Shown one piece after another: positions 33,805-46,316 of a stretch of 64,000 nucleotides of DNA. Source of the stretch: a virus (Duplodnaviria > Caudoviricetes); IMG/VR virus record IMGVR_UViG_2841277917_000004, positions 13,764 to 77,763 of that record, one strand, 5' to 3'. Below the pieces are notes generated by a model that had not been told where the DNA came from, did no database searches, and saw only the letters and a list, made by a program, of their open reading frames with translations. A program made the position numbers and the translations under genes. The number at the start of each line of letters is the position of its first letter. The first letter of the stretch is position 1.

Positions 33805-34446
33805 GTGGGTTTGAAAATGTACGGTTATGTAGATAAACATTTTGATTTCAACACTGATATGAACAAGTTACTTGATCAAGAAGTGGAGAAACGTCTGGAA
33901 GTCAAGGTAAACGGCTACTATGCTGCTCTTGAACAAGAGAAGGAGGCTACACAAAAGCAATATGAGCAGGAAACAACTATTCGAGAGTTGGAGCGACAAC
34001 TGAGGGAAGCCAAAAAGACCTTTGTTAAACAGGGAGCGGATCAGACAAAACGTGAACTGATGGGCGCATTTAAGCTTGGGGATGAAGTCTGGTTTGTCAG
34101 AAGGGAACACAAATATATACCTTGCGAGATGTGTTCAGGAAAAGGAAAGTTAAAGGCTAAGGCTATTGAAGTACCTGAACCTTTCAAGATAAATTGTCTT
34201 AATTGCAAGGGGTACGGAGAGAAATCAAATTACGAGTACAGTGTAGCACAAGGGATCATCTGCGAGATCAAGATACACACTTGGGCGCGGGAACAATGCT
34301 TTGAAAGTACATTCTACATTGAGCCAACGAGTTATAGAGCAAATGATTCTGTGCAAAGGGAGCACAGTAAGATATTCCATACCGAGGAAGAGTGCCAAAA
34401 AGCGATCAATGTTATTTTAAATCCCCCAACGCCAGCAGAAAAGTGA
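33805..34446 (+). CDS. hypothetical protein with CxxCxGxG (DnaJ-type) zinc motifs
   Basis: CEMCSGKG...CLNCKGYG. Confidence 0.7.
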   Translation: MGLKMYGYVDKHFDFNTDMNKLLDQEVEKRLEVKVNGYYAALEQEKEATQKQYEQETTIRELERQLREAKKTFVKQGADQTKRELMGAFKLGDEVWFVRREHKYIPCEMCSGKGKLKAKAIEVPEPFKINCLNCKGYGEKSNYEYSVAQGIICEIKIHTWAREQCFESTFYIEPTSYRANDSVQREHSKIFHTEEECQKAINVILNPPTPAEK

Positions 34447-34624
34447 TTTAACACAAGCTCAAATGCTGTGCCGTGTCATTGAAACTAGCTAAGTAGATCA
34501 ACGACACGGCACAAGATAATAAGACGATTTTTGTATGATACCCTTTGATAGGGCGTAACAACAGAAGGAGGGACAAAAAAACTTAGATAGTTGGATGAAA
34601 AAAGTAAGTTAACACATTGTGCAA

Positions 34625-34972
34625 TTAGTCAAAAACAAGGTAGTCATCAAAAATTTCTCCATCCAGCGTAAAGAATAGTTTATACCACCCAAATTTTTTA
34701 TCATTAAAAACGATTGGGATGTAGGAGACAACATAATCAAATCCATATGAGATTGCCTCATAGGTTGCATTCTCATCCCATTTATCTATGTACAAGGCTA
34801 CTTCCTTCAGTGCCACAGTTAAATTTTCTGGTTTATAGTTATCGCTAAATAAAGATTTGAATCCTATGGCATCTTCACTTTGGAAGTTCCGAAAACATCT
34901 CCAAAATCCATTTATTGATCTGGTTTCGACATCATGCTCAAGGCACCATTGCTTCAAAAATCCACTATTCAT
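34625..34972 (-). CDS. hypothetical protein (counter-oriented moron)
   Basis: 115-aa ORF with AAGGATGTGA RBS on the minus strand. Confidence 0.65.
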   Translation of the reverse strand: MNSGFLKQWCLEHDVETRSINGFWRCFRNFQSEDAIGFKSLFSDNYKPENLTVALKEVALYIDKWDENATYEAISYGFDYVVSYIPIVFNDKKFGWYKLFFTLDGEIFDDYLVFD

Positions 34973-35095
34973 TAGATCACATCCTTAAATTGTTTAACTG
35001 TAATTTACCACAATAGTTGTCAAGGGAAATAGCCTTGAATAAGGAGGGAAGCACAATGACCGAACAACAGATCGCTATGATAGGGAGGGCGTCAG

Positions 35096-38000
35096 ATGAC
35101 AGTCATTAAGGACAGATGGTACACTGCAAGACAATCGTACACTTGCGACGGCTGCCACAAGGACATTAACGCAGGAGATCGGTATAGACGGTTATTCGGA
35201 TCGGCAGAAGCTTCTGATCCAATGCATGAACTGATCTTGTGCAGCAAACCATCGTGCGGCGGAAAAGAGGAGGAAGCCCAAAATGATACGTTATACGTTA
35301 TGCGATGAGTGTGAGCGAAAACAAGATAAAATGTTTAGTCGAGATTCGAGAAAAGTAGAACGATGCCAAAGGTGTAAGCGAGATTATACTACTCGTGCCC
35401 ATGAAACATATTGTTCTGATTGCGCTAAAGAAGCTAGCATTTGTATAGATTGCGGTAAGGGTTTGCATAGGGATTAAACTTGTTTCTTTAATTACAACAC
35501 AGGCTTTGTAAATGGGAGGCAAATATGACCGAACAGCAGATTATTGTAACACTGGCAACTAAGGTAATGGGGTGGAAAAGGTATCAAGAAACAGACTTTT
35601 GGTTTGGCGATAATGGTAATTTGTTTAATTCTAGTCTTTGGAACCCACTCCAAAACATAGCTGATGCGTGGATGATTGTCGAGAAATTCAAAAACGGTGA
35701 TCCGATACTTCGGGCCAAGTTTGCAGTGCTCTTGCCTGTTCTCATCTACGAGATTGAACCGAAAGACATTTGCAAAGCTGCTATGAAAGTGGTTGAACAG
35801 GGGGAATCAAATAGTGAAAAAGGCTTGCAAGTTCAAAACCATTCAGAACATCTATTGGGATAACTGGGGGAAATACGTTACTGCGTTTCCAAAAGGCGGT
35901 GTTTACATTGGGACGGTTCATTACAATGATAGTGGTGAAATTCAGGCAATAACAGCTAGAAGCCCCATATATGATGTGAAAGATGATGTGGATATGGAAT
36001 GCATTGAAATATTGGAAATTACAGAAGAGCTTTAACACAACACACGATAAATGGAGGTATTGATTATGAGAAAAAGACCTGTAATGTGGGCGATTGGTTT
36101 CAAGTATAAGGAAGATGCATTTTACAATTTCATGAAAGGTGAAGAAGATACCAACCTAACTTTTAATCATTTAGTCCCATCAAAAGATATGGCAGAGGAT
36201 TTTATTGAGGATTACTTGGCAATTTCATATGTTCCAATTCCTGTAACAATTATCAGTTATTCCGATGATGGAACTTTTGCCTACGCTTATGATCCACTAT
36301 ATGAATGGGAGTAATAGTTGAAACCATTGCTTGTGATAAGGGAGGATGCGGAATGAACGAAAAAGAAATGCAAGATCTTATTGTTGGCGTAAGAGATAAA
36401 ATATTATGGTGGGCTTTAAGTTTAAAATCGGCTCGAATGACCAAGGCAGATTATGCGGAACTACAAACAGTTGTTCAGCCACTGTTTGATGCGGCAAAGG
36501 TAATAGAAAAAGCTAGGGAAGAAGCTGAAATAAATGAAAAAGAATATGTGATATAAATTCAGCGAAACGACGATTGGGAAAAGCTAACCACTGTCAAAGG
36601 TAAAAACGGAGAAAGTGCGATAGAAGCGATTCGTAAAAGTTATCACGATCAATTCACTGAATGGTTTGGGGAAGGAAACGAACAACATGTCAACCTTGAT
36701 TATGAACTAGTGGCTATTTAACAAACCATTGCTTGTGATAAGGGAGGATGCAAAATGAACGAATACAAACTATTCAAGGTGAATGAAGAATATCCGGAGT
36801 ACATCGTTGCTCAGACAGCAGCAGAAGCTCTAAATGATCATAACAAACGTGGCGGAGAAGGCTTTGCGGTAACGATGGATGAGGTTGAAGAAATATCGCT
36901 TGATATGGTTGGTAACTTTGAGCAAGAGGACGGTAGCCGTAAGCTAATGAGCTTTTATGAGTTTATCGGACACGACTTTGTATACGAAAATCCAACCCTT
37001 ATTTGCTGGACAGAATAAACCTGGTAGGTGACCTGCTAAATGAATTGGATGTTTCAGGGCATGAAGTGGTACGAGATATTATTATTCATTGTTAAACTTC
37101 CCTACTTCTATGCGGTAGAAAAAGGATGGCTACCAAAAAAATTTGATCATAGAAAATAGATTAATTTTAGGGGGGCTGATACATGGTAGAAGAGATAAAT
37201 AAGAAAATATTTGAGCTTTTGGGTCTGGTAGAAAAGGATAACGGGTTCTGGTGTTTTGTTGAACGAATTGCTGACAATGAAATAGTTGCTGAAGGATATG
37301 AAGGACATTTCTCTTTTCTTACTGGCGATGGTATGTTGCTGTTGATTGAAGAGGCGAGAAAGCATGAAGGTTTGCTTTTTAGGATCACTCAGTATGAGAG
37401 TTTGTACTTTGTCGCTGTTGGTAAAACCGATGGTGAACATTTCACTTTTGTGTGTGATGAAAGACACCGTAATCTCCCTAAAGCAATCTTGTTCGCCTAT
37501 CTGAAAGCTAAAGGTATGGATTTTGCGCTATACATGTCGGTGGATGGATATGAAGGGAAGCGAAATAGATCAATGTCCACATTGTAAAGTATGGTTTGTG
37601 CAGCGCCCGTGTTACGATGAAAGTTTTTGCAATAATTACGGCTTATTAGAACGTGATGCGGAAGGTGAATCTCTAACTTAAGGGAACGGTGAATTAAAAT
37701 TAAAAAATTATATCAAGAGATTCTTTATTTCATGTTTGCTTTTTCTCTAGTATTTGGGCTGTCAGTATGTATGTACGGAATCGGTTGTATTGTTGGAAGC
37801 TTTATAGGGGAAACAGAAACATTCTCGATAGTTGGCTCTTTTGTAATTGTAATGCTGTTATGGATACTAGCAGAAATCATCGAGATAAATAACAGCCATT
37901 CAATTAAAGAAGATTATTTAAATATAGGTAGAGAGAGGAGATAAGCGTATATGTCACACTTTCGTATTGATGATCATGTTGAGATTATTTCAACTAGCTA

Positions 38001-38398
38001 TGATACAGAAGGGCGTAAATTTTATGGATCAGTAGCCAAAGTGGTTGATATTAAGAAGTCACAGAATGGGAAATGGACTGATACTGATCTACGACTAGTA
38101 TTTAATGATGGATATGAAACATGGCTTGCAGCAGAGGATTGTGTAAACCATTAAGAAGGAGGGAGGGGAGTTGTCAAAAAAAGGTTCTGCTTGGAAGGCT
38201 TATAAGCGTGAAATGAGAGACTTTTATAGCTTAGAAAATCTTCTTATGGGGCTTCTGGGGTCAATCATTGTAAATCTGATTTCTTCTTATACTGGTTATT
38301 CAGTAGTTTCAATAATAGTTGTATCTACTTTAGGACTGACTCTATTGTTTATATTGGCTACTTCAATAATTCTAATTAAAAACAAAATAAAAAAATAA
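35096..38398 (+). other. array of small hypothetical genes (Zn-finger 35096-35308 and 35283-35477; BC1872/ABA-sandwich-like 35525-35863; others to 38398)
   Basis: Short ORFs with strong GGAGG RBSs; WNPLQNIADAWMIVEK motif. Confidence 0.6.
36321..36751 (+). repeat. 29-bp direct repeat AAACCATTGCTTGTGATAAGGGAGGATGC (36321-36349 and 36723-36751)
   Basis: Identical copies, each followed after 3 nt by ATGAACGAA. Confidence 0.9.
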
Positions 38399-38622
38399 AA
38401 GGTTTAGTGTAATGAAACTCAAATTTCAATAGGTGGGGAACAGGTTGAATGGAGTAGAAATTTTTCTGGCTGTAACAATCGGTATAATACTTTTATTAAA
38501 AGGGGTTAAGTTAGCTCAAAATATATTAAATATGGATGAAATAGACGGGTTCATCAGTATAATTTCTTTCGTTTCGTTACTGATTTGGTTAGCAATTAGA
38601 TTTAAATAATAGGAGGAAATGT

Positions 38623-39114
38623 ATGTTCAACTGGATTAAATCATTATTTCAAAAACAAGAAGCACCGAAAAGTAATTATAATAAGCCCTTAACGGAGACA
38701 GAACGTTCTGATCTATTTAGTGAAGATTTAACATACTCGAATAATATCAATGGATTAGGCGAACCAAAGAAGACGACCTATGCCAAACCTAACACATATA
38801 GACCAGAAAAACCAAGACGGTCATCACGAACGCAACCAACAAGCACAAGTAGATCTCGCTCATCTAAGAATAGTGAGACATATGATTATGCAACCGACTT
38901 ACATAATCCATTAAATCCAATTAGTCCGTTCAATGTCAGTAACTCTTTGAACTTGGACGATGATAGTCATAAAAATTCCTGCTATTCAAGCTCAAGCTCT
39001 TCATATAGTAGCAGCTCTTCATTTGATAGTAGTTGCTCATCTAGTTCATCAAGTTCTAGTGACAGTAGTTATTCATCGTCTGATTCTTCATCCTCTAGTA
39101 GTTCAGACTGGTAA
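38623..39114 (+). CDS. hypothetical protein with Ser-rich low-complexity C-terminus
   Basis: Poly-Ser tail ending SSSDW. Confidence 0.7.
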   Translation: MFNWIKSLFQKQEAPKSNYNKPLTETERSDLFSEDLTYSNNINGLGEPKKTTYAKPNTYRPEKPRRSSRTQPTSTSRSRSSKNSETYDYATDLHNPLNPISPFNVSNSLNLDDDSHKNSCYSSSSSSYSSSSSFDSSCSSSSSSSSDSSYSSSDSSSSSSSDW

Positions 39115-39153
39115 CAAATAAAGCTCCCAAATAGAAAGCTCCCAAATAGGGAG

Positions 39154-39996
39154 CTATGAAACAAATCGAACAAAGCTAGGAGATCGTAATAGACCTGATT
39201 TCGTGTAGCACTGGAATTTAACTTCACATTTTATAACTGGGTGAACATGTTTCCATTTGTCAGTGTCTTTTGAAACGATTTGATCTGATATTTGATACAT
39301 TTTCTTTCTCGCATCAGGCGGAACAAATTCCATGACTCCTAAATAATTACCATCTTTAGACAAAGACCACCCAAACTCATTTTTCCTAATTCCATTGATA
39401 TTAACTGTTTCATATAGATAGGCTTTTGTCTTTGTCCAATGGTGACTTCGTGTATCTAATAGGTAGGGACTGTTCAAATCTTTTGATACAATACCTTCAA
39501 GTCCAAGTTGCTTTGTTCTATTAAATAGTCCAATTCCATCATCTGACGAAGGACATATAGAAATTTCATTTGAAGGAGTAATTATGGATTGTAAAATATC
39601 TAGTCGCTCATGTAAGGGTAGCCTAGTTAAATCTTTATCATTCAAAAAAAGAATGTCAAAAGCTACAAAGTGACTAGGTAAGGTCTGGGATAGTCGTTTA
39701 ACTTGTTGCTCATTTTTTGTCATAAAGCGTTTCATGACGGATTCAAAACAAGGTTTTATTCCGTCCATCACAACCATTTCTCCATCAATAATAGCATTCT
39801 TTACAGGTAAGGATGGTCTAATTTCATGGAATTGTGTAGTGCATTCGTTCTGATGTCGGGTAAATAGTCTGGTGTTTCCACTGTCGTATGACATTATACA
39901 GCGTATACCATCAAATTTAAGCTGGTGAATTAAATTTCCTTGAGGCGGTACGTCAGACTTATACAATAACATTGGCTTTATGGGCTTGTTTAACAT
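39154..39996 (-). CDS. ligB: ATP-dependent DNA ligase (SPbeta LigB/YoqV-like)
   Basis: KPML, QLKFDGIR, IDGEMV, AFDIL, LEGIVSK, LRSPSF. Confidence 0.9.
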   Translation of the reverse strand: MLNKPIKPMLLYKSDVPPQGNLIHQLKFDGIRCIMSYDSGNTRLFTRHQNECTTQFHEIRPSLPVKNAIIDGEMVVMDGIKPCFESVMKRFMTKNEQQVKRLSQTLPSHFVAFDILFLNDKDLTRLPLHERLDILQSIITPSNEISICPSSDDGIGLFNRTKQLGLEGIVSKDLNSPYLLDTRSHHWTKTKAYLYETVNINGIRKNEFGWSLSKDGNYLGVMEFVPPDARKKMYQISDQIVSKDTDKWKHVHPVIKCEVKFQCYTKSGLLRSPSFVRFVS

Positions 39997-40089
39997 AGCA
40001 ACATTCCTCCAAGGCTAGAGTAACATTAAAAGGAATGATTATTTATATAAAAATAATGGAATTGAAAATAAACAGTTAGGAGGATAGTT

Positions 40090-41775
40090 ATGAAGATTTA
40101 TCTTGTTTATAGTATTGAATCTTTTGATGGCTATACACAATTGATTAGTGCTCATAAAAATGAACAAAATGCCAAGAAACAAGTTGAATCCTTAACAAGT
40201 GCCGAATTAGAAAGAGTAGAAAATTATAACTCTTGGGTTGATATGGAGGATGGATCAATACCTGACCTTCCCCATGATTGTATTTATACATATGTAGCTC
40301 TAGACCTTGTAGATTAAAAAAAATAAATGTGCTGAGGTGTTTAATTGCAGAATTATGACCCAATCTATCCACAGAAGAGTTTCGTTTGTGGAAGTAAATT
40401 GATTTTCAATAAGAGGAGTGAGAAAGGAATATCGCTGATAACTGGTACGGTGCTTAGTAATAGCAAATGGACGCAAGATGGCAAACCATATATTGAAGTA
40501 GGATTTAACCAAAAGATTTGTAAATACATTACAAATTGGGATAGATGAAAGATTGATTTTATCACATACAAAATAAATATTTGAAAAGTCGAACATTCCA
40601 AAGTAACAGTGCTATACTTAAGTTACGTTATAATACAGGAATGGGCTGATTAGTTGTTTAGAATTGTAAATGCTTTTGCTTATGATAAGAACGGTGATCC
40701 GATTGACAATATCAAACGTGTTATTGTTAAACCAAACAACAATGATTCAGGAGCTAAAGTAAAAGTAGTTATTAAAGCCAACTCTGAAATTCGAAATATT
40801 ATTAATAATAGTTTAAGTGAAAACAAAACACCTATTTTAAACCGGATTATCGGCAATTTAGAAGGATTAAATAAAAGAGTTGAGTTAAGAAATGTGCATC
40901 TTATAATCGACCGTCAACTTCCCTCTGAGTCAGGCTTGTCTGATGAATTAATGATGCTTAGGGGTGTGGTAGATAAACATTCATTCGTAGATTAATCTAT
41001 GAATGAATAATAAAGTAAAAATATAAAATAAAAAAATCGCAACGAAAGGAGAAAAAATGAATTCAATTGTAAGTATCGAAGAAGCCATAGAACTTTTAAA
41101 TACACTAGAAGTAATGTACTCAGAGAATGGAGAAAGACCAGATGTTTTGATTAAAGATGATGAACAATTTCGAGAGGTTTGTAATGCATTAAGCATATCA
41201 GAAACAGTTATAAATAGATTTATGACAAAAAACAACATGATAGAGATATTGGCTCTTGCAGCAAATACTTATGGGCTTGGATATTACGATTTTGAAAAGG
41301 GCTTTTTGATTGATAAAAGCTGTACAGAATGAAATTGTAGTTTTAATAGAAGAGGAGGCAAATATATGAAGATCATAACCAGTAAAAACACTCGCTTTAT
41401 AGTTGGGATGACGGGTAAAGCTAAAGAGATTAATGAATACATTAAACTAATTAAAAATAAAAAAGGGGAATTAAATTATAGATGATGATTGTTAGACCAT
41501 ATGTGCTTACATGGGAAAATATTAAGGAAGAGAGTTTAGAAGCAGTCATTACAATTCCAAGGTACTCTCAAATTTTATCGTTTGAAACAAGCGAACAAGA
41601 GTTAATTGTAAATGTGCTTATTGAAAGTGATCAAACGGAATTGCACACAGTTCCTATAAAGTTAGTTCAGAATGGAATAGATGTGAGTGATTTATACGAT
41701 TCAAAACTTATATTTAATCAGACAGTTCGATTTAACAATAAGTCATACCATATTTTTTGCAACGAATATATCTAA
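40090..41775 (+). other. hypothetical genes (40090-40317, 40345-40548, 40654-40995, 41057-41332, 41482-41775)
   Basis: ORFs with RBS-like sites; palindrome copies at 40545 and 41329. Confidence 0.55.
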
Positions 41776-41796
41776 GACACAATAAAAGGGGGCGCT

Positions 41797-42399
41797 ATGC
41801 TAACACAGCTTTTAACTATGTCGTTGCTTTTGCAATTATATGGAGGAGTAATTGATAAGGCATTAATTGCAAATAGCGAGAAACAAGCTAAGAGCCAAGA
41901 GGTATATGCAGCGACTGAAAAAGAACATACATATAAACGATACGACATTCCATTATCAAACGACTTACAGAAATACATATATAATCAAGCGGAAAATTAT
42001 GATCTAAGTTACGAGTTAATGCTTGCCATTGCACATACAGAATCAACTTTTAGACCAGATATTGTTTCCTTTGATGGCACTAGTGTGGGACTATTTCAAA
42101 TCAACACAAGAAATACAATTAACTGGCTAGGAGAAAGCGTTGGACTTGATAAGCCAAATGCAAAAAATCCGTATCATTCAGCTAAGATGGCAAGCTGGTA
42201 CGTGAATTACTTAAAGGAAAAGTATCTTAGCGAAGGATATAAAAAAGATACCGTTATCAAAAGAGTGTTAATTGGTTACAGGTATGGAGTAGGGAAGAGT
42301 GCAAAATATGTAAGACAAAATGGACTGCACCATAAATACATAGACAAAGTATTAGCATATAAAAACAAACTTGAAAGTGGGGAACTAGATGCAAAATAA
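41797..42399 (+). CDS. exported lytic transglycosylase (SLT domain)
   Basis: LAIAHTESTF catalytic Glu, GLFQIN, hydrophobic N-terminus. Confidence 0.8.
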   Translation: MLTQLLTMSLLLQLYGGVIDKALIANSEKQAKSQEVYAATEKEHTYKRYDIPLSNDLQKYIYNQAENYDLSYELMLAIAHTESTFRPDIVSFDGTSVGLFQINTRNTINWLGESVGLDKPNAKNPYHSAKMASWYVNYLKEKYLSEGYKKDTVIKRVLIGYRYGVGKSAKYVRQNGLHHKYIDKVLAYKNKLESGELDAK

Positions 42400-42697
42400 A
42401 AAATTTGAGGAAATCGGAAAAACAATTGGGGCATTTACAGACTTAAAACAAGAAGCATATGGGAATAGCGTAGAAAAATCATTTGAACTGATGAAGATTT
42501 TCCTTAAAGAATATAAAAATAATGATGATACATATACAATTCCAGAAGTTCTTTTAAAACACTTATTGCTACAGGTTCGGATGATCGACAAACAGAATCG
42601 GATTTTTTCAAATCCAAAAGGAGATTTAATGGGAGAGTCACCTTATAAAGACTTAGTTGGCTATAGTCTGATTGGGGTAGAAATGGATAACTTTTAA
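42389..42697 (+). CDS. DUF1599/Nmad1-like small helical protein
   Basis: KQEAYGNS...RMIDKQNRI...ESPYKDLVGYS pattern. Confidence 0.55.
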   Translation: MQNKKFEEIGKTIGAFTDLKQEAYGNSVEKSFELMKIFLKEYKNNDDTYTIPEVLLKHLLLQVRMIDKQNRIFSNPKGDLMGESPYKDLVGYSLIGVEMDNF

Positions 42698-42703
42698 AGC
42701 AAT

Positions 42704-42988
42704 TTAGAAGGTGTGAAAATTCTCTTTGGTGTATCTTTTCCAAGGGATTTGCGAGGGGTGTGTAGCACGCAAGAGATTTACAATATCTCTTCTTCCTTTG
42801 TAATGCAGCATTCCCATGAAATCTTGAGTGGCTAATATTACATCGTTGGAATTAAAGTAGCGAGCGTAATATCTCATTGCTTTATCTGAGGCAAACTTAC
42901 TGTTAAATTCACTCTTGGGTAACAGCACGATTGGAAAAGATACGCCAGAATGTGTAATCACAGTAGCTTTAAACGTCATATTCTTCAC
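42704..42988 (-). CDS. hypothetical protein
   Basis: Minus-strand ORF with GAGGTGA RBS. Confidence 0.6.
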   Translation of the reverse strand: MKNMTFKATVITHSGVSFPIVLLPKSEFNSKFASDKAMRYYARYFNSNDVILATQDFMGMLHYKGRRDIVNLLRATHPSQIPWKRYTKENFHTF

Positions 42989-43636
42989 CTCATGAGCAAC
43001 AAAATTTTAATGGCACACATCCTTTACTTTATTATCTAATGAAAAAATTATTCAAGATAAAAACAAAAATAATTCTTTCGCCTATAAGTTGGGAGCTGAT
43101 TATGATTTTTAAGTCTGAAAAAACAATGTTAATTTCAATTGTAGTAACACTCATCTTAATAGGAGCAATACTTCTCACTATTATTGTTCACAGAGGAAAT
43201 AATCTTAAAGAGTCTTGTATTAAAAAGGATGGGGAGTATCATTATTTTCGATCTGGAAGTTTATGTATTAAACAAAATTCCATAATAGAAATAGAATAAA
43301 GATTATATTGTCCTAACTGGTTTGTGCAGGAGCATATAGTGAAAGAAAATAAGACACGGAGGGAACTAAAATGTGCTGGTATTATAAATGCAATCTATCC
43401 GATGTGGAATTTCGCAATTTAGAGCCACGTCTTATCGAAAAAATATTAGCAGATAGACTACTGAATGACTTTTTAAATTCTATAGACTACATACCTATAT
43501 TAAATAAATTAAATAATAGCATAAGGGGATAGTGTATGAGAATTTTATCAATATGTTTAAAAGAAAGTCTAAGCCTGAAATTAGCTTAGAACAAATGTAT
43601 CAATTGGTGCGTAGCCATAGTGAGATTATAATGGAG

Positions 43637-43811
43637 TGGGATTAGTACAGTTTCATGGACACATCTTAGTTAAGTTCTTACAATGAACGTAGAGGAGATG
43701 GTACGGATGAAACAAAAAAGTACGAACAAGAAATGCAACGATGATTTTAAGAGACCGATTGTAGAACTTTATCATTCCGGTCAAAAGGTAAAGAGCTTAT
43801 CTAGTGAGTAT
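43637..43811 (+). mobile_element. IS3-family left-end remnant (IRL + orfA 5' part) fused to a phage gene tail
   Basis: TGGGATTAGTACAGTTTCATGGACAC IR-like end; from 43707 MKQKSTNKKCNDDFKRPIVELYHSGQKVKSLSSEY resembles the IS3 OrfA HTH. Confidence 0.6.
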
Positions 43812-44263
43812 GTCATTTATCTTTCAAGTGAAGAAAAGCCAAAAGATATGAATAATTCATATGGATATTGGGAAGGAAAAACATATACTTTTGGAGGGAT
43901 ACTTATACCAGTAACAGGGAATCGCATTAATGGTAATACGAAAAGATATAAGTCAAAACAAAGAGCAAAAAATATGGCTGAAAAACTTGGTGATAGATGC
44001 GGTTATGTTTTGTCTTGGGTGGTTGATGAAATTTAATAGATTTTGAAAACGAATATGGGTCTATTTTAACTCAATTAGAGAATTAGAATTCAAACACACT
44101 TAAATTTGTTTTGATTATTAATTTAAGGAGGTTTATATGAAGCGATTTAAGGTTACTGTGGAAAGAGAAGATGTATACATAATTGAATTGAATGAGCTGC
44201 TATTTAGTGAATAAAAAATTAAGCAGTTGACGACTGCAAACTACTAGGAAGGATAATGAGCAA

Positions 44264-45300
44264 TTGTTTCTACTAATAGGGAGCTATCTAATTACTGTGC
44301 TCTTAGCATATTACTCTATAAGATATCTTCGAATACATAAATTTATTTTCGAATCAAAAATTGAAAACCTTGCCGATCTGATAATGTACCTTATTTTTAT
44401 ATTTTGTCCGTTTGTAAATCTATATACAATAGCAGATGCATTATTTACGTTAATTTACAACCTACTTTCAAATATTAAACCAAATAAAAAATAACTTTCA
44501 TTGGAGATGAGATTAACTTTGATAATCTTTGCTGTACTGTTAAAACTATACTTGACATCTTTATACCAGATGAAGTTATGCAATTAGAGTATTTGAAGTA
44601 ATTAACTGATAAGGAGGAGCAAAGAATGAAAAAAGGTTGGGAATTGATTAATGAATTATTTGGTGAAGATTTTGATTTCATGGGTGAAATTATAGATATG
44701 GATGGAGTAGTAGAGATTTCTGATGTTATATCATATAACGATGATTGGTGGAATTATCATTTAGTAACTATCGAATATGAAGGAAAATATTATACATATG
44801 AATATCGTAAACATGTCGCACCCATTTGTGGAGATATTGAATATTATGGCGAGACTTTTCAAGAAGTAGAAAATAAAGAAGACATTGAGGAGAAGTGGAG
44901 AATTCTAAGAAATAATATAATTAGTGAACTAGAAGGGTTAAGGACTGCTGGGCTTTATGGTGACTCTTATGAAGCTGAAAAGGCGTTTGTGTGGGTTTTG
45001 AGCAAAATGGATGAATTGCATAAAGTCAATGATAGTGACAATATCTTATCGTGAGAGGAGTAGAGAAAATCTATGCTGAGCTTAGAAGATTTAATTGAGC
45101 TAGAGAAAATAGTTGAAGACAGAATTAAGATATGCAGAGAGACGAATGAAAGATTTAATAGTTCCATAGTGGGTAAACAGCTAGAGGAGAGCAGAAAAAA
45201 GGAAATATTAAAATATGAAAGATTAAAAGTGAAAATCCATGATCTAATGAGTGATTCTAATGAGGGGAAAAGGTTTGATGGATACGAGACTTGCAGATGA
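44264..45300 (+). other. hypothetical genes (44264-44494 membrane, 44626-45054, 45073-45300)
   Basis: ORFs with RBSs. Confidence 0.55.
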
Positions 45301-45625
45301 AGTGAGGAGAAGTCAATGGACGATAACGAGTTAGAATACAAAAAGCATAAGCTTGAAGTGATTTTTTGGTTACTATTTTGGTCATTAATTATCGGTGGAT
45401 GTACAGCTTCGACTATTTGGGGACATTAAATAATGAGATATAAAATGAAGAAGGTCTTAGGTATCGTAATGTTTATTGGCGGAGTAACATTAGGTATTTA
45501 TGTGGGTGGATGGCTATGCTTCATAGGTGGTATTGCAGGGTTAGTTGATAATGTATCCGATGCAATAAATGGAAAAATAAAGTCCCCTGAAATAACCTCA
45601 GGGGAGGAGAACAGAGCAATGTATT

Positions 45626-45904
45626 TTAGTATTGATAATACATCCAACCAGAATATGTCCAATCACAACCTTCAGGAAGGCAGTTAGTCCCAACGCCTCT
45701 CTTTAATGTACCTATATAACCACGTCCGTCATCATAAGAAATTTCTTCAGGCGCTTCAAAAGCAGTATATTTTTTTGTGATACTTGCCCAATACTTATCA
45801 GAAGCTGTGCTGTTGCTAAGCTGTGTTTCATTAGCAAATGCTACGGAAACGGAAAATGCCGAAACAATAACTAAAGCGAAAGCAATTATAGATTTTTTAA
45901 ACAT
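45626..45904 (-). CDS. small secreted protein, possibly LCI-fold antimicrobial-like
   Basis: Signal peptide ending AFA; SYDDGRGYIGTLK...WTYSG beta-rich motif; terminator at about 45582-45606. Confidence 0.55.
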   Translation of the reverse strand: MFKKSIIAFALVIVSAFSVSVAFANETQLSNSTASDKYWASITKKYTAFEAPEEISYDDGRGYIGTLKRGVGTNCLPEGCDWTYSGWMYYQY

Positions 45905-46316
45905 AAAAACACCTCCAAAAATGTATTATTTGGTAATAATTAGATGATAGAATATTGTGTATTTAGTGTCAATTAATGTAAATGTAAGAGCAAGAATATA
46001 TTATAGTGAAATAAGTGATAGTAGGTTCAACATGGTGCGATTAGAAATGCGATTGATAAACCTGTAAGAATTAGAGTTATAAAATAAGTAGCTAAGGAGA
46101 TTCATAGTGTACAAATGCCCAGAATGCAAGGAAAAGCTTGTATGGCTCACAGATCAAGACAACGGAGGCATTATAAGTAATGAGTACTATTGTAATACAT
46201 GTGATATCGAAGTTATTAAGTATAGAGAGGTAACAATTAAAGATTAAGGAACAGAGCAGTCATATAAAATAAAAACTCTGCATCACTTAATCGATGCAGA
46301 GTAAAAATTATGACAG

